Assembly: GCA_043804695.1 (NCBI GenBank)
Contig: JAZDIV010000088.1
Coordinates: 1-33,868, forward strand
Length of the DNA: 33,868 bases
Reading direction: 5' to 3'
Origin: PVC group bacterium
GTDB taxonomy: Bacteria > Auribacterota > Erginobacteria > Erginobacterales > Erginobacteraceae
The notes beneath the pieces were generated by a model, which saw only the letters and a list, made by a program, of their open reading frames with translations, had not been told where the DNA came from and searched no databases. The position numbers and the translations under genes were made by a program. This document shows, in pieces, positions 27,125 to 33,868 of this stretch. Each line of letters starts with the position of its first letter. Positions within the stretch are counted from its first letter, which is position 1.

Positions 27125-27805
27125 ATGAACAGAAATAACTTTAGCCTTTCTTTGATGCTGTCGGCAGCTTGTCTCCTGCCGGCTCCCGGTGCCGCAGGAG
27201 AGGCCCATGGCGGTGGAAAAGTGACTCTTCACCCGGAACATGGGTTCTATATCAGTGGCGGCTACAGTTATTACGCGGAGCACTTCCCGGGAAGGCTGGG
27301 GCACGTGATACACAACACGAGCGGATTCAGTGTCAGGGGGGGATATCGGGTATCGGAATACATCTCCCTGGAAGCGCTCTTTCAGTATTACGATGAGTTC
27401 CGTCATCGTCGAGACGTTTCCAACCCGGAGTGGTGGTATCTGGTCTCGGAAACGGGCCTCCCGGAATCCGAGTATCTGGAGACCGTCACGGTCTCCGGCT
27501 ATGATATTACCGTCTCCGCCAAAGCGTATCTTCCCGTCAGTCTCTTCCGGCCGTATGGGACCATTGGGCTGGGATGGGGCCGGAGCGAGCTGAAAGTAAC
27601 GGAGGAAGAGTATGCAGCTCCGGCGACAACATATTCAGGAACCGAGATCTGGACCGGCTGCCTGGGAAGAGTCGGAGTGGGATGTGATCTGCATGTAATC
27701 GGTGGTCTGGGGCTCACGGCTGAAGTTGCCTATAATGGGGGATTTGGAGATCTTGATACGCTCCGTTTCGTCTCCCTGTCCGCCGGAGTTTACTATTTGT
27801 TTTAA
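27125..27805 (+). CDS. Outer-membrane beta-barrel (OmpA/porin-like) protein
   Basis: Signal peptide, GFYISGGY, RPYGTIGLGW and C-terminal VSLSAGVYYLF with terminal Phe. Confidence 0.85.
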   Translation: MNRNNFSLSLMLSAACLLPAPGAAGEAHGGGKVTLHPEHGFYISGGYSYYAEHFPGRLGHVIHNTSGFSVRGGYRVSEYISLEALFQYYDEFRHRRDVSNPEWWYLVSETGLPESEYLETVTVSGYDITVSAKAYLPVSLFRPYGTIGLGWGRSELKVTEEEYAAPATTYSGTEIWTGCLGRVGVGCDLHVIGGLGLTAEVAYNGGFGDLDTLRFVSLSAGVYYLF

Positions 27806-27810
27806 TTGAA

Positions 27811-28055
27811 TGCTTCGGAATTTTCAGCCCGAGGCTTCAGCCCGAGGCTGGTCCGCCTCAGGCGGAGATGCGCCTCCGGCGCACAATAACTGTCAAAATA
27901 CTAAACAATATAACGTCCCCACGCCGCCGGCGCTGAGTAGTTTTTTAACTTTAGGCACTTTAGGCACTTCTCCGCCGGAGGTGGATCAGCCTCTGGCTGA
28001 AAAATTTAGGCACTTCAGAACGTTGCCCGAGCAGCGAAGCGAGGGCTAAGTTCTA
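27811..28055 (+). repeat. Family B element copy 3 with a TTAGGCACT core and three 30-nt double-hairpin insertions
   Basis: TGCTTCGGAATTT[insert]CAATAAC left end; GTTGC...GAAG...CTAAGTT right end. Confidence 0.7.
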
Positions 28056-28067
28056 AGGAGGATAATT

Positions 28068-28589
28068 ATGGATGTCTATGAGGCTATCCGCCGGAGAAAG
28101 AGCGTACGGTCTTTTCAGAAGAGGGAGGTAGAGGAGGAGGTTCTCAATCGACTGCTCGAGGCGGCCCGGCTCGCCCCCTCGGCCAAGAACTTCCAGGAGT
28201 GGCGGTTTGTCGTGGTCCGCGATCCCGAGACCCGGGGGAAACTCTCCCAGGCCGCCCGCGGCCAGACGTTCGTGGCCGAAGCGCCGGTCGTCCTGGCCTG
28301 CTGCGCCGAGACCGACGGCCACGTGATGACCTGCGGCCAACTCTGCTACCCGATCGACGTCGCGATAGCGGTCGATCACATCACTCTCTGCGCGGCGGCG
28401 GAAGGGCTGGGGACCTGCTGGATCGGGGCTTTCTTTGAAGACCGGGCCAGGGAGATTCTCCATATCCCGCCCGAGGTCCGGATCGTGGCCCTCCTTCCCA
28501 TCGGCTACCCGGCCGCTCCGGATCCGGTTGAAAAAAGCCGCCTCCCGCTGGCAGAAATTGTAAAATATGAACGTTGGGAACAACCATAA
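28068..28589 (+). CDS. Nitroreductase family protein
   Basis: AIRRRKSVRSF, APSAKNFQEW, GLGTCWIGAF and LPIGYPA; AAGGAGG RBS. Confidence 0.93.
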   Translation: MDVYEAIRRRKSVRSFQKREVEEEVLNRLLEAARLAPSAKNFQEWRFVVVRDPETRGKLSQAARGQTFVAEAPVVLACCAETDGHVMTCGQLCYPIDVAIAVDHITLCAAAEGLGTCWIGAFFEDRAREILHIPPEVRIVALLPIGYPAAPDPVEKSRLPLAEIVKYERWEQP

Positions 28590-28820
28590 TAGGGGTCAAG
28601 GCTACTCTTTGCTCATATTTTCATCCAAATCAGATAACCCCTTACCAGATATTCAGACTATACAGGGGACACCACAATACTTACTAAGGAGAACATTAAA
28701 TAGTTTTGTTTCAAAGGGATACGCTTTTCGAATAGGGTATAGCTATGCAGATTTCAGTCTACAGATAACCCATGCTTTAGAGGTAAAACGTTGGCTGAGA
28801 TTATAAGGCCTTATTAGAGT

Positions 28821-28908
28821 GTTGCCTCTATGATAATAGTATCGTTAACCAACAGACCCGACGAAGACGGGTCCATTATAAAGTAACGAGCGCAGCTCGC
28901 TAATTTAT
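28821..28908 (+). repeat. Family A double-hairpin element copy 3
   Basis: GTTGCCTC-N15-GTTAACCAACAGACCCGACGAAGACGGGTCCATTATAAAGTAACGAGCGCAGCTCGCTAATTTAT directly before the ATG. Confidence 0.78.
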
Positions 28909-29685
28909 ATGAAGAGAGCTCAATTCCGGTTTTACGCCGAGCTGAATGATTTTCTCGATCCTGCCCGGCGCCAGAAGACGTTCTCCGTCGCTTTCAGCGG
29001 GACACCGGCCGTGAAAGATATGATGGAGGCGATCGGGGTTCCCCACCCGGCGGTTGACGTTATCCTGGTGAACGGCAGCCCGGTTGATTTTAACCGGCGC
29101 CTGCAGGAGGGAGACCGCGTTGCCGTGTACCCGGTGTTCGAAAGCCTGGATGTCAGTCCGGTGATCCGGTTGCGGGCCCGGCCGCTCCGAAAAACCGCCT
29201 TCATCCTGGATGTGCATCTCGGCACCCTCGCCCGCCGCCTCCGGATGCTGGGGTTCGACACCCTCTACCGGAATGACTACGATGACCCCGAGATTATCCG
29301 CACGGCCTTGAAAGATAAGCGAATCATCCTGACCAGGGACCGCGGAATCCTCAAGAACTCCCTGGTCACTCACGGGTACTGGATCAGGGCCAGCGCTCCG
29401 GAAGATCAGCTCCGGGAGGTCCTGGAACGGTTCGATCTCTTCGCGGCGATCAGGCCCTTCGGCCGGTGCATCACCTGCAACGGACTGATCGAAGAGGTGT
29501 CAAAAGAGGCGGTTCTTGACCGCCTCCCGCCGAAGACGAAAACCTCCCACGACCGGTTCCGGATCTGTATCGGGTGCGGAAAGGTCTACTGGCAGGGGAG
29601 CCACTACCGGGCGATGAACGATCTGATCGGACGCCTGAAGAATCGGGAGGAAACGCGGTGCCCCGTCGTCCCCGCCCCGAAGTGA
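28909..29685 (+). CDS. Mut7-C RNase domain protein with N-terminal ubiquitin-like domain
   Basis: FRFYAELNDFL, FILDVHLGTLARRLRMLGFDT, ILTRDR, RCITCNG and CIGCGKVYWQGSH. Confidence 0.92.
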   Translation: MKRAQFRFYAELNDFLDPARRQKTFSVAFSGTPAVKDMMEAIGVPHPAVDVILVNGSPVDFNRRLQEGDRVAVYPVFESLDVSPVIRLRARPLRKTAFILDVHLGTLARRLRMLGFDTLYRNDYDDPEIIRTALKDKRIILTRDRGILKNSLVTHGYWIRASAPEDQLREVLERFDLFAAIRPFGRCITCNGLIEEVSKEAVLDRLPPKTKTSHDRFRICIGCGKVYWQGSHYRAMNDLIGRLKNREETRCPVVPAPK

Positions 29686-29742
29686 CAGTGGCTGGATCCC
29701 GGGGACCGACCGGGAAAGGAATCCGGGCCTTATCCTCCCGCG

Positions 29743-30285
29743 TCACTCATGCCGGTAGAGGCCGGTCAGCTGCGCCCGGGCCAGGATGTGGCCCCGCATC
29801 GCCTCCGCCAGCCCGGGTCCCGTCGCTCCCTCCGGCAGTTGGAGCATCCGGTCCAGGGCGTATACCGTGAAGACATACCGGTGAGTGCCGGACGGCGGCG
29901 TGGGACCGTCGTATTTTCTCCTCCCGAAATCGTTCAGCCCCTCCCGCCCCGGAATCGTCCCCGCGTCGATCCGGTTCGTGACCGGGATGTCATAGACGAC
30001 CCAGTGAATCCAGGTCTGGCGGGGAGAGTCGGGGTCCGCGACCGTCAGGGCCAGGGAGCGGGCTTTTTCGGGGATCTGTTCGATCACCAGGGGAGGACTG
30101 ATGTTGCCGCCGCGGAGAGAATATCGGGGAGGGATCATGGCGCCGTCGGCAAACGCGGGGCTGTTCACCCTCATCGCGGCATCCGGCACTGCCTCCTCGC
30201 CGCCGCTGAGCACCTCTCCCGCCCCGAGGACGCCGGCCAGAAAAAGTGCCATGCACATGAAAACATGGGGCATCCGGTATGTCAT
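29743..30285 (-). CDS. YbhB/YbcL (PEBP, Raf kinase inhibitor-like) protein
   Basis: NISPPL, DPDSP, WIHWVVYDIP and GPTPPSGTHRYVFTVYALD; signal peptide. Confidence 0.92.
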   Translation of the reverse strand: MTYRMPHVFMCMALFLAGVLGAGEVLSGGEEAVPDAAMRVNSPAFADGAMIPPRYSLRGGNISPPLVIEQIPEKARSLALTVADPDSPRQTWIHWVVYDIPVTNRIDAGTIPGREGLNDFGRRKYDGPTPPSGTHRYVFTVYALDRMLQLPEGATGPGLAEAMRGHILARAQLTGLYRHE

Positions 30286-30448
30286 CGCTCACCTCCGGTT
30301 CGAGCAATCAGCACTACGAGGGAGATAGTATAGCGGTTTTTCTTTTCCAGGTCCAGTCTGCCGGATGAGAAATGAACCAGAGATCGAGCCGGCTTCCTGG
30401 AAAGCCGGGGCGGCACCGGATGATGGAACCGGCCGGCCCCGTGCGGTA

Positions 30449-31747
30449 TCACGTCCGGGGGGAGGCCGCGGCGGGGGAAGGCCGGTAGTCTTCCCGGTAA
30501 TCGGTGCTTTTCCTGATCAGATGCCAGGCCATCGGACGCTTGAGCAGGGCGGACAGGATGCCCTTGAGGACAAAGAAGATGGCCACCAGGCCGATGCTGA
30601 AGGAGGAGATGATCATCCTGAAGAAGAGCTTGATCTGCCGGGCGCGGAACAACGCCACCACGCTCATGAAGAGCAGTCCGGAGGTGAGAAGGACATTGCG
30701 GGCGGCTTCCGACAGGGACAGCTGCGCCGCCACCGGCGTCGGCGGGGTGGTGATGATGCTGAGGATGCTGGTGATAATCAGCCCGGCGATCAGGACGGGG
30801 AAGACATATCCGAGCCCGGAGAACATACTGAAGAGCTTCCTCTTCATCCCGATCCGCCGGCTGGTCAGGATCCCTCTGAAATGAATCACGTAGGCGCTGA
30901 TGACGCCGTGCGCCCATCTCATCTGCTGCCGGTAGAGGTCGGCGGCGTTCTGGGGCACTTCATTCAAACAGGAGAGCCCGGGGAGATAGATCATCTTCTG
31001 GTTGTTGCGGATCATCCGGAGCGAGAACTCGATATCCTCGGTCAGGATGCCGGGGCGCCACCCTCCCAGTTCCAGCAGGACCGATTTTTTCACCGCTTCG
31101 GCCGAACCGCAGATAAACGAGCATCCGAAGATGTTCATGAAGGGGAGAAAGACCTGGTGAAAAGAGTAGCCCATGGTGGAGCCCATCACCGTGGCCAGGT
31201 TCTCCCCGGAGTTGGTGAAGTCCCAGCGGGCCTGGACGGAGGCTATCTCCGGGTCGTGAACGAAGGGAGAGACGATCCGCGAGATGAAATCGGGTGCGGG
31301 CATGAAATCGGAGTCGAAGATGATGACGATTTCCCCCCGGCTTTGCTTCAGCATGTGGTTCAGATTGCCGGGCTTGAAGCCGGAGCGGTCAGCCCGCCGG
31401 GTCACTTCCACCCGGGGATGCCGGGTCGCGAAGGCATCGATCTGCCGCGAGATCTCCGGCTGATCACTGTCGTCGCCGATCAGGACCTGCAGCCGTTCGA
31501 GAGGGTAGTCGGACTCCAGGCACATCCTCGCACAGCGGAGGGCGATGATCTCGTTTCTGGTCGGTATCTGGACCGTTACCGTCGGCGCCTTCCCCGGGTC
31601 TAAAAACATCTCGCTGCTTTTTTTGCGCCAGCAGATCACCACGGCCGAGATGAAGAAGAGAATGAAGCTGACCGCGATCGAGAGATAAAGAAAGACGGCA
31701 AAAGCACCGCTGAAGAAATAATGGAGAATGGAAAGTGCCATAGTCAT
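30449..31747 (-). CDS. Family 2 processive glycosyltransferase (cellulose synthase-like)
   Basis: DDS, GFKPGNLN, FDSDF, LTED and QQMRWAHG motifs plus TM helices. Confidence 0.9.
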   Translation of the reverse strand: MTMALSILHYFFSGAFAVFLYLSIAVSFILFFISAVVICWRKKSSEMFLDPGKAPTVTVQIPTRNEIIALRCARMCLESDYPLERLQVLIGDDSDQPEISRQIDAFATRHPRVEVTRRADRSGFKPGNLNHMLKQSRGEIVIIFDSDFMPAPDFISRIVSPFVHDPEIASVQARWDFTNSGENLATVMGSTMGYSFHQVFLPFMNIFGCSFICGSAEAVKKSVLLELGGWRPGILTEDIEFSLRMIRNNQKMIYLPGLSCLNEVPQNAADLYRQQMRWAHGVISAYVIHFRGILTSRRIGMKRKLFSMFSGLGYVFPVLIAGLIITSILSIITTPPTPVAAQLSLSEAARNVLLTSGLLFMSVVALFRARQIKLFFRMIISSFSIGLVAIFFVLKGILSALLKRPMAWHLIRKSTDYREDYRPSPAAASPRT

Positions 31748-31873
31748 GGATGTTTTACAGAGGATCAGGTTACGCCTCGACCGGTGGAATCTCCTCTTTT
31801 TCCCGTATAGTACTAAAGTCGGCTTTGCATAGCACCCTGTTTTTTAAACGGGAGCGGCTTCTCCCGGGAGAGA

Positions 31874-32155
31874 TCAGAGGTGCTCCCTGGCCATGCCGAC
31901 GACCACGCCGTCGACGGCCAGCTCCAGGCGTTCCTCCAGATCCGCCAGCATCCGGTCGACGGTCTTCTGGTCGGAAGCGACGGCGACAAACGACCACTGC
32001 GCGCGCTGATGGTCGTCCTGGTATCCGCTCTCGCAGACGGCGAGATTAACCTGCTTGCCGAAGCGGTCCCGGATCCCCCGGATTCGCTGCCGTTTCTCTT
32101 TCAGCGACCGGCAGCCCGGCAGATGGAAGTCGACAACCAGCAGGCGGATCTTCAT
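31874..32155 (-). CDS. DUF503 family protein
   Basis: HLPGCRSLKEKR...NLAVCESGYQDDHQRA. Confidence 0.9.
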   Translation of the reverse strand: MKIRLLVVDFHLPGCRSLKEKRQRIRGIRDRFGKQVNLAVCESGYQDDHQRAQWSFVAVASDQKTVDRMLADLEERLELAVDGVVVGMAREHL

Positions 32156-32358
32156 TTCAGGCCCAGTTTTTGAGGGATTTCCTTGATGTACCGGATGAAT
32201 CGATCCCAGTGCAGCGAATACTCCTGCTTGTGAGTCTCCGAGACACGAATGTTCTTCTGTACGTTACCGGTCATCACGTCCCTGATCTCCAGGGTCCTAC
32301 TCTTGATGAAAATGAATACAAAGAGGGCGATGATGATCAGGATGATCCACTTTTTCAT
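32152..32358 (-). CDS. Small hypothetical membrane-anchored protein
   Basis: AAGGAG RBS, N-terminal TM helix and stop overlapping the DUF503 start. Confidence 0.7.
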   Translation of the reverse strand: MKKWIILIIIALFVFIFIKSRTLEIRDVMTGNVQKNIRVSETHKQEYSLHWDRFIRYIKEIPQKLGLK

Positions 32359-32579
32359 TGGCGGACATCTCCTTATCTTCTCCTTATCTTCCGTTCCTCC
32401 GGCCGGGCTACCATGCTACCGGGGAGGGGAAAGGATTTCAAGGGAGAAAAGGGGGAGCGGATTCCGGCCGTACCGGCATGAGACAGGGTGGGAGCCGTTT
32501 CCCCGGGGAACGATAGTGCGGATTGTGGTCATCTATGGTAGGGTGGGCTGAGAAGAGAGGAACCGGGGGGATCGTTAGC

Positions 32580-33740
32580 ATGCGAAATAAGTGGCCCTGG
32601 CCCAGGCTTCTGAATCGCCGGCAGTGGCTGAAAGCGATGCTGCTCGCCTGCGGTAACGCATATTTCTTTCTGTCCGGGGCGCGATATCTTACCGGGAAGG
32701 GTCTCGCCATGTCCGGGAAACCGGGCCCGGGTCTGCGGGAAGCCCTCTATTATGAAAAGCTGGCCGGCGGTTCGATCCGCTGCCTGATCTGTTTCCGTAA
32801 TTGCCTGGTGAAACCGGGCCGGCGGGGATTCTGCCGTGACCGGGAGAATCGAGATGGTGTCTATTACAGCCTGGTTCATTCGCTTCCCTGCGCGATTCAT
32901 GTCGACCCGGTGGAGAAGGAGCCGGCTTTTCACCTCCTTCCCGGCAGTGAGATCTATTGCCTTTCCACCGCCGGCTGCAACAGCCGCTGCCTCTTCTGTC
33001 AGAACTGGCATATCTCACAGTGTTCGGTCGAGGAGACCGACACTATCCTCCTCCCCCCGGAGCGGGTGGTGGAAGAAGCGCGCCGCCGCCGCATCCCCAC
33101 GATCTCCTTCACCTATGCCGAGCCGATCGCTTTCTATGAATATGTATTGGATACCGCGAAACTGGCCCGGGCTGCCGGGATCAGGCTCCTGGTGCATACC
33201 AACGGCACCTTCAACCAGGAGCCGCTTTCGGAGCTGCTCCGATACACCACGGCGGTGACGGTTGACCTGAAGGGGTTTACCGAGGAGTTCTACCGGGAGA
33301 TCACCGCCATGAGGTTAGAGCCGGTCCTGGAGAACATTAAGTTAATCCGGGAGGCTGGTGTCTGGTTGGAACTGGTCAACCTGGTCATCCCCACGCTCAA
33401 TGACCGGGTGAGGGACGCGGAGGGCATGTGCGCCTGGATCAGGGACACGATCGGCGTCGAAGTCCCCATCCACTTCACCCGTTTTCATCCCACCTATCAG
33501 TTGAGAAACCTCCCGCCCACACCGGTGGAGACACTGGAAAGGATGTATGAAACCGCCCGGGCGGCCGGCCTCCGGTATGTCTATGTCGGAAACCTTCCGG
33601 GTCACCGGGCGAACAGCACCTTTTGTCCTTCCTGCGGTGAGCGGCTGGTTCACCGGATCCATTTTCAGGTAATCGAAAACCGGATCCGTGACGGCCGTTG
33701 CCCGGACTGCGGCCATGCGATCCCCGGCATCTGGGCATAA
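32580..33740 (+). CDS. amrS: Second AmmeMemoRadiSam radical SAM enzyme with a twin-arginine-like N-terminus
   Basis: NRRQWLK leader; CLICFRNC, DPVEKEP, GCNSRCLFCQNWHISQ and YVYVGNLPG. Confidence 0.88.
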   Translation: MRNKWPWPRLLNRRQWLKAMLLACGNAYFFLSGARYLTGKGLAMSGKPGPGLREALYYEKLAGGSIRCLICFRNCLVKPGRRGFCRDRENRDGVYYSLVHSLPCAIHVDPVEKEPAFHLLPGSEIYCLSTAGCNSRCLFCQNWHISQCSVEETDTILLPPERVVEEARRRRIPTISFTYAEPIAFYEYVLDTAKLARAAGIRLLVHTNGTFNQEPLSELLRYTTAVTVDLKGFTEEFYREITAMRLEPVLENIKLIREAGVWLELVNLVIPTLNDRVRDAEGMCAWIRDTIGVEVPIHFTRFHPTYQLRNLPPTPVETLERMYETARAAGLRYVYVGNLPGHRANSTFCPSCGERLVHRIHFQVIENRIRDGRCPDCGHAIPGIWA

Positions 33741-33816
33741 GAAACAGGACCTTTATCCTCGCTTGGCCCGCCCGATTATTAATCCGACCGTTGTAGGATT
33801 TACATCAAGGATCGCG

Positions 33817-33868
33817 GTCATTGCGAGCGTTAGCCGAAGCCGCGAGCAAAGCGTGGCGGGAAGCAATC
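33817..33868 (+). repeat. GTCATTGCGAG REP-like element, truncated by the window end
   Basis: Exact 52-nt reverse complement of 27027-27078. Confidence 0.85.

Overview
Bacterial chromosomal window in two parts. (1) About 1-5100 is a visibly more AT-rich accessory region, probably a decayed integrative element whose left end lies outside the window. It holds a class III nucleotide cyclase, a YkgJ protein, two excisionase-like HTH genes, an iteron/AT-rich origin-like region, RusA, two tandem MORN-variant lipoproteins, and an isolated integron attC site fused to the 3' end of a host gene. A tRNA-Ile2(CAU) follows. (2) About 5600-33868 is a GC-rich run of mostly housekeeping genes: TPR protein, SsnA-like amidohydrolase, ApgM, two AmmeMemoRadiSam radical SAM paralogs, a frameshifted topA, PlsC, SemiSWEET, Nit-type amidase, squalene/phytoene synthase, AraC-GyrI, DUF1848, a secreted transglutaminase-like protein with six 40-aa C-terminal repeats, a PaaX-like remnant, an outer-membrane beta-barrel, nitroreductase, Mut7-C, PEBP, GT2 and DUF503. 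The most unusual content is non-coding. Many intergenic spaces carry members of several families of small hairpin elements, and no transposase or integrase gene is present. These include a 30-nt double hairpin that inserts without target duplication, even into itself; an element with conserved ends and an inverted or swapped core; and covarying 8-bp hairpin doublets. The C-terminal repeat family suggests a PVC-affiliated candidate lineage such as Ca. Auribacterota (inference from recall, not checked). No CRISPR array was found.
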